From the NCBI GenBank assembly GCA_038230375.1, contig JBBRNJ010000005.1, positions 1 through 64,000 of the forward strand: a stretch of DNA of 64,000 nt, given 5' to 3'. The stretch's first letter is position 1. Each line of letters starts with the position of its first letter. Source of the DNA: Polyangiales bacterium (GTDB lineage Bacteria; Myxococcota_A; Polyangia; Polyangiales; Polyangiaceae). The position numbers and the translations under genes are program-made. This document shows positions 10,744-20,747 of this stretch, piece after piece. Below the pieces are notes generated by a model. The model made no database searches. It was not told where the DNA came from and was given only the letters and a program-made list of their open reading frames with translations.

Positions 10744-10766
10744 CCCACGTTGGGTTGGGCGCGCGG

Positions 10767-13700
10767 TCAGCCGGCGGTCGATCTTCGCGGCGCGAAACGG
10801 GTGAGATTCGCCAGGACGGACACCAGCTCCGATGGTTCCACCGGCTTGGGGATGTGCATCATGTACCCGGCGTCGAGCGCCTTGCGGCGATCCTCGGCGC
10901 GCGCGTAGGCCGTGAGCGCGGCCGCGGGGAGGCTCGCCGTATGCGGGAGAGCACGGACCTTCCGGATGAGCGAGTACCCATCTTCTTCCGGCATGCCAAT
11001 GTCCGAGACGAGCAGATCTGGCAGCTCGCTCTCGATGATCGAGAGCGCTTCGGTGACGCTGGCCGCCAACCGAACGATCGCGCCGCATTGCTCGAGCACG
11101 GCAGCCACGAGATCGCGCGCGTCCTTCTCGTCGTCGACGACGAGGATCTTCAGGTTGACGAGCTCGGGGCGCTTCTTGAAATCCAGGTTGCCCACGCTGC
11201 TCGCCAGGCGCGAAGCGGTAGCCCGCACCTCCTGCCGCACCGCCGACACCGGCACGCACACGACGAAGGTCGACCCCTGGCCTTCGCCCTTGCTGTCGAC
11301 CGTGATGGTGCCCCCATGAAGCTCGACGATGTGCCGCGAAATCGCGAGCCCCAGGCCAAGGCCTCCGTGGGCCCGGGTGATCTTGCCGTCCTCCTGTTTG
11401 AAGCGCTCGAAGACGTGGGGCAGAAACTCTGCCGCGATGCCTTGGCCGGTATCACTCACCGAGATGCGAACGCTCGAGTCCACGCGCTCCGCTCGGATGC
11501 TGATGCGCCCGCCCTTCGGCGTGAACTTGATCGCGTTGCTCAGCAGGTTCCACATGACCTGGCCCAGTCGATGGGGATCGCCGACGACCTCGCCCGTCAG
11601 CGGGTCGAGCGTCGTGACGATCTGGATCCCCCTTGCGTCGCCAGCCAACCTGAGTGCGTCCAGGGCGTGCTCGACCAGGTGCGTCACCTCCACGGATTGG
11701 ATGTCGAGGCGCAGCTTGCCGCTGATGATCCTCGCCACGTCAAGGAGGTCTTCGATGAGCTGCGCTTGCGTCACCGCGTTCCGCTCGATGGTCTCGAGGG
11801 CGCGCTCCTGCTTCTCCTTCGGCAGGTCGCCGCCGCGGAGCAGCCTCGTCCAGCCCAGCATGGCGTTGAGCGGGGTGCGCAGCTCGTGGGAGATGGTCGC
11901 CAAGAAGTCATCCTTCATGCGATTGGCGTCGTCGGCGAGCTGTCGCGCGCTCACCGCGGCTCGATACAGGTGCGCGTTGTCGATGGCGGCGCCGATGCGT
12001 CGCGCAAGATCCTCGGCGACCCTCACGTCGGCGCTCGTGAAGCGGCGACCCGATTCGGAGGCAATGAACGTGATGGCGCCCAGGGTCTTGCCGCGAGCCT
12101 GCACCGGAACGCACATCGATGACTTCAGTCCCAGCGCGCGAATCGTCGCCAGGAGCTCGGCGTCGGGGATGCTCGCGACGAGCAGCGCGTCGGTGATGTC
12201 GGCATGCACCTCGGGCGTGCCGGTTCGGATGACATAGGCGACCCCGGAGGGATCGTCGGCCTTCGGCGGCCAGCGGAGCGAGAGCACGTGCGCCAGGGCC
12301 ACTTTGGCAGGGTCGGCGTGGTCCACCGTCAGGCGGCGAATCGAGCCGTCGGATTCGAGGACGTCCATCGTCGCCCAATCAGCGACGAGCGGCACGGCCA
12401 TGCGCATGACGCGCGGGATGGCGTCCTCGTGGTCGACATAGCTGCTCAATGCCTCGCTCGCGTCGGCGAGGAACCGGAAGAGATCCTCGGAGCGCTTTTC
12501 GTCCTCGATGTCAGTGCAGGTGCCGATCCAGCGAGCGACGCGCCCCGATTCGTCGAAGGTGGGATTGGCCCGGACGAGGTGCCAGCGAAAGGTCTGGTCG
12601 CTGGTCCGGAAGAGGCGAAATTTGGTCTCGTAGGCGGCGCCCGTGGACACGGAGGCCGACCAGAGCGCAACGGCGTGATCGCGTTCGGCCGGGAGCACGA
12701 AGTCCAGCCATGCGGCCGGGTCGGAGGAGCCTGAGTACTCTGTCCAACGCAGGTTGGTGTAGTCGAGTGCGCCATCGGGCCCCGCCGTCCAGACCACCTG
12801 AGGCATCGAGTCCGCAAGCGAGCGCAGGTTCCGCTCGTTCTCGACGCGCGCGGAGACGTCGATGGACGTCCCGAACAAGCGAACCGCCCTTCCGTCCGGC
12901 GCGAGATGGACCTTTCCGTGCACGTGGACCCACGCCGTTTTTCCGTCCGGTCTCGCCACGCGCTGTTCGAGCTCGAAGGGCGTGCGGTCTGCGATCGCCT
13001 GGGTGATCTGGATCTGTGCGCGCTCGCGATCCTCGGGGTGAACCAGGGCAAGGGCGTTCTGGAGGGTCATGCGCTGCCCGACCTCGTCGAGGCCCCAATC
13101 GGACCGCATCTGCGGACTGAATACGACCGAATCTTCGACGATGTTCCAGTCGTAAAATCCGACCTTCGAGCTGGCGAGCGCGAGCGTGAGCTGCTCCTCG
13201 CTCCTCTCGAGTGTCCTCTGGACGCGCTTCTGCGCAGTCACATCGTTGAGGACGAGCAGGCCGACGGCCGCCTGCCCGAACTCCTCGGGGATGAGGTCGG
13301 AGGAGGCGTCGATCGACCGGTGCCCATTCAGTGTTTGCAGCTCGACGGGGAGGTTGCGCAGCCTCTCGCCCGCGGCGACCCGCTCCGTGGGCAGGCCTTC
13401 GGTGCTGTCGCCGAGCAGCTGCATGGCCGCGTTGTTCTTGAACGTGGTCTTCGCCGTGACCGGGTCGATGAACAAGGTGGGCGACGGCAACCGATTCAGG
13501 ACCGATTCGAGCCACCGCCGGTGGTTCTCCTGCGAGCGCCGCGCGAGGACCTGGTCGGTCACTTCGGACCCCATGATCATGATGCCGTCGATGATGCCGG
13601 CGCCGTCCCTCCGCGCCGCGTAGGTCAGATTGAAGTAGCGAACGCGGTCGGTCACGGTGACCGGGATTTCGCGGAGCTCGGCGGTCTTGCCCGTCCGATA

Positions 13701-13895
13701 CACGTCGTCGAGGATGCCGTGCACCTCGATCGACTCCGGTTGGGCATGGCGCACGGTCCGGCCGGTCGCGTCGAAGCCGAGCACGCGCACGTGAGCCTCG
13801 TTGACGAACTCGAAGCGATGCTGCGGCCCCGAGAGGATGCAGACCATCTCCGGCGTCTGCCGAAAGAGGTTCGCGAAGTTCTGATCGTCGATCAT
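10767..13895 (-). CDS. Multi-PAS / GAF hybrid histidine kinase with receiver domain
   Basis: Start MIDDQNF. Several PAS/PAC blocks, a GAF domain, SHELRTPL, NLLSNAIKF, GLGLGL and a REC domain. Confidence 0.92.
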   Translation of the reverse strand: MIDDQNFANLFRQTPEMVCILSGPQHRFEFVNEAHVRVLGFDATGRTVRHAQPESIEVHGILDDVYRTGKTAELREIPVTVTDRVRYFNLTYAARRDGAGIIDGIMIMGSEVTDQVLARRSQENHRRWLESVLNRLPSPTLFIDPVTAKTTFKNNAAMQLLGDSTEGLPTERVAAGERLRNLPVELQTLNGHRSIDASSDLIPEEFGQAAVGLLVLNDVTAQKRVQRTLERSEEQLTLALASSKVGFYDWNIVEDSVVFSPQMRSDWGLDEVGQRMTLQNALALVHPEDRERAQIQITQAIADRTPFELEQRVARPDGKTAWVHVHGKVHLAPDGRAVRLFGTSIDVSARVENERNLRSLADSMPQVVWTAGPDGALDYTNLRWTEYSGSSDPAAWLDFVLPAERDHAVALWSASVSTGAAYETKFRLFRTSDQTFRWHLVRANPTFDESGRVARWIGTCTDIEDEKRSEDLFRFLADASEALSSYVDHEDAIPRVMRMAVPLVADWATMDVLESDGSIRRLTVDHADPAKVALAHVLSLRWPPKADDPSGVAYVIRTGTPEVHADITDALLVASIPDAELLATIRALGLKSSMCVPVQARGKTLGAITFIASESGRRFTSADVRVAEDLARRIGAAIDNAHLYRAAVSARQLADDANRMKDDFLATISHELRTPLNAMLGWTRLLRGGDLPKEKQERALETIERNAVTQAQLIEDLLDVARIISGKLRLDIQSVEVTHLVEHALDALRLAGDARGIQIVTTLDPLTGEVVGDPHRLGQVMWNLLSNAIKFTPKGGRISIRAERVDSSVRISVSDTGQGIAAEFLPHVFERFKQEDGKITRAHGGLGLGLAISRHIVELHGGTITVDSKGEGQGSTFVVCVPVSAVRQEVRATASRLASSVGNLDFKKRPELVNLKILVVDDEKDARDLVAAVLEQCGAIVRLAASVTEALSIIESELPDLLVSDIGMPEEDGYSLIRKVRALPHTASLPAAALTAYARAEDRRKALDAGYMMHIPKPVEPSELVSVLANLTRFAPRRSTAG

Positions 13896-14071
13896 GTCGG
13901 GCTCGGATCTATCACGTCGCGAACGCAACAAGCGAACCGCTCCGCGAGCGCACAGGCGTCCACCGCGCGACTGGTGAGGCGTGGATGCATCAACGGACAT
14001 CCGTGTCACACGCCGGTGTCCGCGAACCCCCGAGCTCGCGCGCAGGTGCCTGTTTTCCAGCGGACTCGAGT

Positions 14072-14087
14072 TGGCAAGGGCCTTGCA
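14072..14087 (+). promoter_or_regulatory. Putative sigma-54 promoter
   Basis: TGGCAAGGGCCTTGCA, 12 nt before ATG 14100. Confidence 0.6.
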
Positions 14088-14099
14088 AAGTGAGTCGGC

Positions 14100-14609
14100 A
14101 TGACGAAGTCCAGCCAGCCCGAGTCCCGCAAACCGCGCGAGCACGTCCTCGTGATTGCCGAGCATCAGGTCGATCTCGCCGCACGCATGGCGGAGCTGGA
14201 CCGCGCTGGAGCGCGCATCGAACGACTGGTGCAGCGCGAGACCGAGCTGCCGGGGGATTTCATGCGCCGGCTCGCAGACGCGCTGCAGACCACGGAGCAG
14301 GTCTACGACCGCACCATCTTCGTCGCGCGTGAGCCGATCGGTCCGCGACTCAACGAGCTCGTACGCACGATCGTCAGCTCCATGCGGCCCGGCACACGTC
14401 TGATCATGGCCGCCGAGCACCCGACCCCGTCCTCCACGCGCGCGCTCTCCGCCCTGGCGCTGACCGTGATGGAACTCGCGTTCGGCGCGGATGTGATCGT
14501 CGAAGGCGCCGCGAAGGAGCGCTCTCCCGCACGCGCATGGCGCCGCCGCATCGACCGCGCCCTGGATAGCCTGCTCACCCCGCCGGTGAGCGCGCGGCGC
14601 GCCAGCTGA
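14100..14609 (+). CDS. Hypothetical protein
   Basis: 169-aa ORF with typical codon usage, filling the intergenic gap behind a sigma-54-like motif. Confidence 0.7.
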   Translation: MTKSSQPESRKPREHVLVIAEHQVDLAARMAELDRAGARIERLVQRETELPGDFMRRLADALQTTEQVYDRTIFVAREPIGPRLNELVRTIVSSMRPGTRLIMAAEHPTPSSTRALSALALTVMELAFGADVIVEGAAKERSPARAWRRRIDRALDSLLTPPVSARRAS

Positions 14610-15929
14610 CTAGGCGCGGCCGGCCGCTGCTTCTTGCTCGTGCTCGCGGCAGTGTTCCAGATAGGCGCCTTCGTGCAACGCGACCAGGTCGACCACGGCG
14701 GACCATAGCCATGCAGGCGCCGTCGATCGGGGCGCCGCTTCTCTCCTGAAGTTGGCAAGCCAGTCGGCGCATTCGCGCGGCGACAGCTGACGCGCATGCG
14801 CAATGCCGACCACGGAACCGAGATACGCAGACACAGGCTCCACGTCCTGCTCCGAGAGGATATCGAGCTCGAGCTTCAGATCTTGTGGCAACAGCTCGCG
14901 CACGTAGACCGGGACGCCCAGGATCGTGGCGGAGATCATGCGCGTTCCTAGATGGGGTGAGAGCTTCCTTGCGCCCATCACCACGCGATCGCCATCGTGG
15001 GTCGGATGGGCGAGGCCGCGAGCGCGTGGCGCAAGGGCCTTCCTTGCCTCCTTCAGGTCAACCAGCGCGAGCGCGCCACGACGCGCCCCGCCCACGCGGA
15101 CGAGTACCGCAGCACGCCACAATCCAAGTGAGCTACACCCCTTCACCCAGTACGCCGCGTCCACGAGGGTCACGTCGGCGTTGTCCTTGCGGCCCGTGAT
15201 CTGGGTCACCAAACGCTTGAATTTACGGCTCTCCACCAGCTTCTGCACGGCCGCGCGCTCGTCCTCCATGAGCGGCCAGAAGCGCTTGCCCATGGGCATG
15301 CGCTCATCGACGCCGATTCGCTCGAGCAGGAAATCCTTTCTGGAGCGCGCGTTCGCCTGGCGCAGCAACTTCTTGACCTGCGGAGGCGCGACGCCGGGCG
15401 ACGCATCCCGATCGCACGCGCGAGCGGTCAACGCGCGCTCGTATCCGCGGGCGATCGCCTCCACCCCACGGAGCGCGAGGGAGCCGCGCAGGCCCGACGC
15501 ACGCACCGACATGACCATCGAGAGCGCGAGCCGCACCACGTCGTGCGCGGGGGAGCCAATGACGGTCTGGTCCAGGTCACGGAGCTCGAGCTCCACATCC
15601 CCGTTCGCATGGGCAATGGCGCCGATGTTGCCGATATGGCAATCACCGCCAATCCAGATATCCGGCGGCCTGGGCAGAGCGTCGCCTCGACTGGATAGCA
15701 GCCACTCGTAGAACCGGTGGGTGGAGCCGCGCACGTAGGCGTGAGCGCTCGACGTCATCTTGACCTCGCGCCGCTGGTCCAGCAGGCGCCCACGCTCTTC
15801 CTTGATGACAGGGATGTACGAGGTGGGGAGGTTCTCGCCGGACGTCGAGCTCGACTTCGCTCCAGCCACGATGAGCGCATGGGAAAACCTTCCAACCGGC
15901 GATCGGCGCTCGCGTATTCGTCTGGCCAT
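14610..15929 (-). CDS. DUF2252 family protein (kinase-like fold)
   Basis: M..S..AYVRGS, GDCHIGN, DLDQT, KGCSSLG, VREL.PQD. Confidence 0.85.
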   Translation of the reverse strand: MARRIRERRSPVGRFSHALIVAGAKSSSTSGENLPTSYIPVIKEERGRLLDQRREVKMTSSAHAYVRGSTHRFYEWLLSSRGDALPRPPDIWIGGDCHIGNIGAIAHANGDVELELRDLDQTVIGSPAHDVVRLALSMVMSVRASGLRGSLALRGVEAIARGYERALTARACDRDASPGVAPPQVKKLLRQANARSRKDFLLERIGVDERMPMGKRFWPLMEDERAAVQKLVESRKFKRLVTQITGRKDNADVTLVDAAYWVKGCSSLGLWRAAVLVRVGGARRGALALVDLKEARKALAPRARGLAHPTHDGDRVVMGARKLSPHLGTRMISATILGVPVYVRELLPQDLKLELDILSEQDVEPVSAYLGSVVGIAHARQLSPRECADWLANFRREAAPRSTAPAWLWSAVVDLVALHEGAYLEHCREHEQEAAAGRA

Positions 15930-15942
15930 GGAACGCGGGGCT

Positions 15943-15958
15943 TGCGAAACACGTGCCG
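15943..15958 (-). promoter_or_regulatory. Putative sigma-54 promoter of the DUF2252 gene
   Basis: CGGCACGTGTTTCGCA on the minus strand, 13 nt before the ATG. Confidence 0.45.
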
Positions 15959-16003
15959 GCCCCCACTACAGAGCGGACACACACTCTTGTGTACCTCGGC
16001 GGG

Positions 16004-16876
16004 TCAAACAGAGGCAATCCGCGGGCGTTTCACTGCTCCCACGATCATCCCCAGTGGAATCAGCCACCCCAGCACGAGGAACACGCCCATGATCACGACC
16101 CCCATCGGGTCCAGGCCTTCGTTCTGCGCGCTGTCTACCAGCGTGCTCACGATGGCTGCCGTCCACAGAAGCGAGAAGAGTGCGCCGAAGATTCCAAGCA
16201 GGAGCGTTGCTATGCGCCACCCTGGCCACCGCACGGTCGGGATTCCTGCGCGGTCATAGGCTTCTTGCGGCGGCTCTGGCAGCCTCATGGCGCCCAGGTA
16301 GTTGATGATGTTCGTGGGGATCGAGATCATGCTGTAGATGAACGAGATCATTCCCCACCAGCCCAGGAAGCTCGTCACCAGCGTGTAGCTCCAGAAGTAC
16401 TGGTCGATGCAGCGGCGGCACATGTTGCCCGTGCGTGTTCGCGGGAAGCGAACCACAAGCATGCCGATGTTCTGCATGAACGTGGCGCGCTTCGTCGGAC
16501 CTTGCACTCCACACTGATCGCAATTCGACCCGCCCGCATGCGGATTGTACTGCTGGGCATACGGCGACGGCGCGGGCGCACCGTATCCATAACCTGCATA
16601 CGCGGGTGGCGCGGGCGCGGCGTATGGGTTCGCGTACGGACTCGGTCCTGGCGGTGCGCCATACGGCGAGTGCGGCGCACCATACGGCGCGCCATATGGA
16701 TTGGGCGGTGGCGGCGCGCTGTAGCCGGCGGCAACTGCGGCCACGTGGAAGCCTCCGCCCGGGAGCTGCGTTGTTCGGAGCGTGAGCCCTTGATTGCGCG
16801 CTTGTGCGTCCGCTTGTGCGAGCGCTTGCTGATCGCCATCGTACGAGCCCGTACGGATCGTGGTCTCCCAGCTCAT
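16004..16876 (-). CDS. Hypothetical membrane protein with a Pro/Tyr/Gly-rich region and a CxxC..CxxC motif
   Basis: PYGAP repeats, CDQC...CRRC and 3-4 hydrophobic segments. Confidence 0.75.
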   Translation of the reverse strand: MSWETTIRTGSYDGDQQALAQADAQARNQGLTLRTTQLPGGGFHVAAVAAGYSAPPPPNPYGAPYGAPHSPYGAPPGPSPYANPYAAPAPPAYAGYGYGAPAPSPYAQQYNPHAGGSNCDQCGVQGPTKRATFMQNIGMLVVRFPRTRTGNMCRRCIDQYFWSYTLVTSFLGWWGMISFIYSMISIPTNIINYLGAMRLPEPPQEAYDRAGIPTVRWPGWRIATLLLGIFGALFSLLWTAAIVSTLVDSAQNEGLDPMGVVIMGVFLVLGWLIPLGMIVGAVKRPRIASV

Positions 16877-16885
16877 CGGTCGCGC

Positions 16886-18028
16886 CTAACGCATGGAGGC
16901 GCGGAGCTGTGCTTCCGCGACCGGGTCTTTCGGGGGACCGCCACGCGACGGCGGGAGCGCGTAGCTCGGGGGATCGCTGTCCGGCAAGAGAGCATTGGGC
17001 GCCAGGGGGCGCGACGGCTTGCGCGCCTTCGGCGGACTCGCATGGCTTACGCCATTCGCGCCGCTGGAGCCGCTGGAAGAGATCACCACTGACGCTGGGG
17101 GGGCTGGGGGGGCTGACGCGGCCGGCGGCGTCACGAGCAGCGCGTCGCCATCACCGAACTTCAGCACGGTCGGCGGCTCGGGCGGTGCGATGATGGGGCG
17201 TGCGCCAAGGCGTGTCTCCACTTGCTGCGGCGGCGCGTCGCCGATGAGGATCGCGTCCTTCGGCAGCATGATGGAGGCCATGGGCGGAGGCGGCGCGATC
17301 TCGCTCGCGGTCGCACCACGTCCTGCGTTCGGTCCGCTCTGTCCGCCTTCATCACGCAGCACATAGGCCGTCATGGCCGCTGCGGCCACGCCGCCCATGA
17401 GCATGAGCGCGACGCCGCGGAGCACGCGCGTCGACGGCGTACCCGTCATCTCTCTGAGCTCGCGCTGCTCGAGAGCCGACTCCATGCGCTGCTCGTCATC
17501 GAGGCGCTCGAAGCGAAGCCGCGGCCTCGAGGGCGAATCCGTGAACGTCGGCTCCGGATAGTTGGAGACATAGTTGGAGACAGCGACCGGCGCGAGGCTC
17601 TCTTGCGATACGAACGTGCGCACAAACGGCGAAGGCGTGATCTGGCTGAGGGAGTGGCCGTTTTTCTGGTGGCGCGCCGAGGGCGGCTGGACTGCGGTCA
17701 GCTCCTCTTCCTCATCATCATCGTCGTCCACGTAGGGATGCGTTTGCTGCATGCCGGCCGCGATGCCGGCCGCGATGACCGCCGGCCTGATCGCCTGCGT
17801 GGGGGTCTTCAGCGTCAGCGGCCTGGAGACCGGCAGCTCCTCGGTCAGGCGAAACAACCGTGTGTTCGGCTGCAAGAACGCATGCGGCTGGATCGCGTTT
17901 CTCACCTCGACCGCGTCGCCCAGGTCGAGCTCCATCTCCACATCGTCCTCGAGCGCGAGCTCGTGGCTTTCTACGATGTCCGCGTCGTCGAGGGCGACGA
18001 TACGATCTGGGCGACGAAAGGGCAGCAT
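16886..18028 (-). CDS. Hypothetical single-pass membrane protein (acidic N-terminus, Pro-rich C-terminus)
   Basis: 380-aa ORF with a central TM segment VALMLMGGVAAAAMTAYVL. Confidence 0.7.
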   Translation of the reverse strand: MLPFRRPDRIVALDDADIVESHELALEDDVEMELDLGDAVEVRNAIQPHAFLQPNTRLFRLTEELPVSRPLTLKTPTQAIRPAVIAAGIAAGMQQTHPYVDDDDDEEEELTAVQPPSARHQKNGHSLSQITPSPFVRTFVSQESLAPVAVSNYVSNYPEPTFTDSPSRPRLRFERLDDEQRMESALEQRELREMTGTPSTRVLRGVALMLMGGVAAAAMTAYVLRDEGGQSGPNAGRGATASEIAPPPPMASIMLPKDAILIGDAPPQQVETRLGARPIIAPPEPPTVLKFGDGDALLVTPPAASAPPAPPASVVISSSGSSGANGVSHASPPKARKPSRPLAPNALLPDSDPPSYALPPSRGGPPKDPVAEAQLRASMR

Positions 18029-18231
18029 GATCGGTAACCGCCAGGTTTTGCCTCACGAGAGGGCCCTTGTCGAGCCAACTTTCGAAAAAAACACGGGTCG
18101 AAAAAGAGCGACAGGAGCGGGGCTCCCCACCGGTCGCAACGACATGGTCAGGGCGCTTGCGCGACGCCTACCTCCGGGCTATGGTCCGCGCCTGCCTGGC
18201 CCCACGGGGCGCTGGCAGTTGGTGGTTGTCC

Positions 18232-18266
18232 AGGCGGACCCCAATCCCGGGCCCGCTTTTCTTTTG
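18232..18266 (+). terminator. rimP-leader-like hairpin with U-tract (attenuator candidate)
   Basis: GCGGACCC-loop-GGGCCCGC followed by TTTTCTTTT, about 45 nt before rimP, where such leaders are known. Confidence 0.55.
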
Positions 18267-18311
18267 TCCGCAGTCCGCACCTACACCTCGTTTTCCCCTG
18301 TAATTTCAAGA

Positions 18312-18986
18312 ATGACAGAGACCGCGCTCCCCACAACCCAGCTCGATCGCGCCAAGGTAGACGCGATTGTTGCGCCCATCGTGCATGCGCACGGCGGCGA
18401 GGTCGTGGACGTGGAGTGGAAGACCGAGGCAGGTGGCTGGGTGCTCCGCGTGTTCGTCGAGAAGCAAGGCGCACAGGCAAAGGGGCTCTCCACCAAGGAG
18501 GCCGGCGTCACCCTCGAGCTCTGCGCCAACGTCGCGCGCGACCAGTCGCCGGCGCTCGACGCGATCGAGGACATCATCCCGCACGCGTACAGCCTCGAGG
18601 TCAGCTCGCCGGGCGTCGAACGCGCCCTCAAGACGAAGGCCGACTTCACCCGCTTCGCTGGCAAGAGCGGCGCAAACGCGCCGCCGGGCGACAAGGCGAA
18701 GCTCTGGCTCAAGAAGGCCGCTCTGCCGCGTGCCATCAACGGAGCAGAGCCCACCGGAAACGGGTCGCGTGTCGTGGAAGGCCGGCTCATCGGCTTCGCG
18801 AACGACATCATTGTTCTCGTGGACGGCAGCCGCACCTACGACGTTGCCTTCGACGACGTCGACCGCGCCCGGCTCGTCTTCGAGCTCGAGACCGGCACCA
18901 AGTCGAAATCCGCCAAGCCGGGAGCCAAGAAGCCGCACCCCAAGACCAAAGATCAATCGAAGACCAAGTCAGACACGCAGCAGTGA
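18312..18986 (+). CDS. rimP: Ribosome maturation factor RimP
   Basis: LRVFVEK, YSLEVSSPGVERAL; upstream of nusA. Confidence 0.92.
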   Translation: MTETALPTTQLDRAKVDAIVAPIVHAHGGEVVDVEWKTEAGGWVLRVFVEKQGAQAKGLSTKEAGVTLELCANVARDQSPALDAIEDIIPHAYSLEVSSPGVERALKTKADFTRFAGKSGANAPPGDKAKLWLKKAALPRAINGAEPTGNGSRVVEGRLIGFANDIIVLVDGSRTYDVAFDDVDRARLVFELETGTKSKSAKPGAKKPHPKTKDQSKTKSDTQQ

Positions 18987-19015
18987 TCAGCGCCAGGACA
19001 TCAGAGGCAACAAAC

Positions 19016-20722
19016 ATGGCAACGTCGACGCAGCAAGCATCCCAGGGTGATTTGAACCTTCTCTCCGCGATCGAAATGGTCGCGAAGGACAAAGGAATCG
19101 ACAAATCGCGTCTGATCAAGACGGTCGAGGAAGCCATCCTCAAGGCTGCCCAGAGCGTGTTCGGTCCGAACCGCGAGATGGAAGCGCGCTTCAACGAGGA
19201 CAGCGGTCAGGTCGACCTCTTCCAGTACATGACCGTCGTCGACGATCCGTCGGATGACGACCGCGAGATCGCGCTCGAAGACGCGCAGGCCGCTGGCCTC
19301 GAGGCGGAGCTGGGCGAGGAGCTCGGCTTCCAGATCTTCTGGCACCCGGCGGACGCGAAGAAGGCGGCCGAGCAGGACAAGGAGTTCGGCAACATCCTCA
19401 ACGTGAAGCAGGCTCGCTCCGCGTTCGGCCGCATCGCCGCGCAGACCGCGAAGCAGGTGCTCATCCAGCGCGTTCGCGATGAAGAGCGCGATCTCATCTT
19501 CAACGAGTTCAAGGACAAGAAGTCGGAGCTCATCAAGGGCGTCGTTCGTCGCTTCGAGAAGGGCAACAACCTCATCGTCGACCTTGGTCGCACGGAAGGC
19601 ATCCTCCCGTTCCGCGAGCAGACCCCGCGCGAGACCTATCGCCCCGGCGATCGCATCGTCGCATTCGTGAAGGACATCGACCGGGAGGCACGTGGCCCCC
19701 AGGTCATTCTTTCCCGCGGCGACGCCAAGCTCGTCGAGAAGCTCTTCGAGAGCGAGGTCCCCGAGATCTACGAGGGCATCGTCCGCATCGTTGCCTGCGC
19801 CCGCGAGCCGGGTGCACGCTCCAAGATCGCCGTTGCCAGCCGTGACGCGGACGTCGATCCGGTGGGCGCGTGCGTCGGCATGAAGGGCTCACGCGTGCAG
19901 GCCGTCGTGCAGGAGCTCCGCGGAGAGAAGATCGACATCGTCCCGTACGATCGCGATCCCGCACGCTTCGTCTGCGCGGCCATCCAGCCCGCCGAAGTGA
20001 ACAAGGTCATCGTCGACGAGGTCGATCACCGCATGGAGCTCGTTGTCCCCGACGAGAAGCTCTCGCTCGCCATCGGCCGCAAGGGCCAGAACGTCCGCCT
20101 TGCCGCGCAGCTCACCGGCTGGAAGCTCGACATCATCAGTGAGTCGAAGTTCAAGCAGATGGAAGAAGAGGCCATTGGCGCTCTCTCCCAGATCGACGGC
20201 GTCACCGACGTCATCGCGCGCAGCATGTACCGCATGGGCTTCCGCGCCCTCGAGGAGCTGAGCGAGGCGAGCGAGGAAGAGTTGGTCGCGATCCCGGGCC
20301 TTGGCGACGCAGCCGCTGCCGCCAACGTCCGCGCCGCAGCCGAGCGCACCATGGAGAAGCTCCGTCAGGAGCGCATCCAGGCAACGGCCACCCGCACCGA
20401 GCCCCTGACCGAGAAGGAGCGCTTCCTCTTCGTACGCGGCGTCGGCGATCGCACGGTCCAGCTCCTCGAAGAAGCTGGCTGCCGCAGCGTCGAGGACGTC
20501 AACCGCGAGGAAGAGGACAAGCTCGCCATCAAGACGGGCCTTGGCATCAAGAAGGCGCGCGCGCTCAAGGCTGGCGCCGAGCAGTTCCTCACCGGCGAGT
20601 GGAAAGAGATCGCCCAGCGCCGCGACGCCCTGAAGAAGGCCCTGGCCGCAAACCCGCCTGCGCCTCCGCCTGCGCCGGTGCCCGCGGCAGCCCCCAGCGC
20701 CCCTAGCACCCCCAGCACCTGA
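19016..20722 (+). CDS. nusA: Transcription termination factor NusA with C-terminal HhH/AR domains
   Basis: FGRIAAQTAKQV, AREPGARSKIAV, VGACVG, AIGRKGQNVRLA. Confidence 0.97.
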   Translation: MATSTQQASQGDLNLLSAIEMVAKDKGIDKSRLIKTVEEAILKAAQSVFGPNREMEARFNEDSGQVDLFQYMTVVDDPSDDDREIALEDAQAAGLEAELGEELGFQIFWHPADAKKAAEQDKEFGNILNVKQARSAFGRIAAQTAKQVLIQRVRDEERDLIFNEFKDKKSELIKGVVRRFEKGNNLIVDLGRTEGILPFREQTPRETYRPGDRIVAFVKDIDREARGPQVILSRGDAKLVEKLFESEVPEIYEGIVRIVACAREPGARSKIAVASRDADVDPVGACVGMKGSRVQAVVQELRGEKIDIVPYDRDPARFVCAAIQPAEVNKVIVDEVDHRMELVVPDEKLSLAIGRKGQNVRLAAQLTGWKLDIISESKFKQMEEEAIGALSQIDGVTDVIARSMYRMGFRALEELSEASEEELVAIPGLGDAAAAANVRAAAERTMEKLRQERIQATATRTEPLTEKERFLFVRGVGDRTVQLLEEAGCRSVEDVNREEEDKLAIKTGLGIKKARALKAGAEQFLTGEWKEIAQRRDALKKALAANPPAPPPAPVPAAAPSAPSTPST

Positions 20723-20747
20723 TCAAAGACGGAGACCCTTTCACGCA

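Noticed and set aside
13896..14420. N-terminal extensions in the ORF track (also for rimP, nusA, rbfA, SDR, STK-REC, TPR)
   Set aside because: They overlap other genes or promoters. Recognisable domains and start signals begin at downstream codons.
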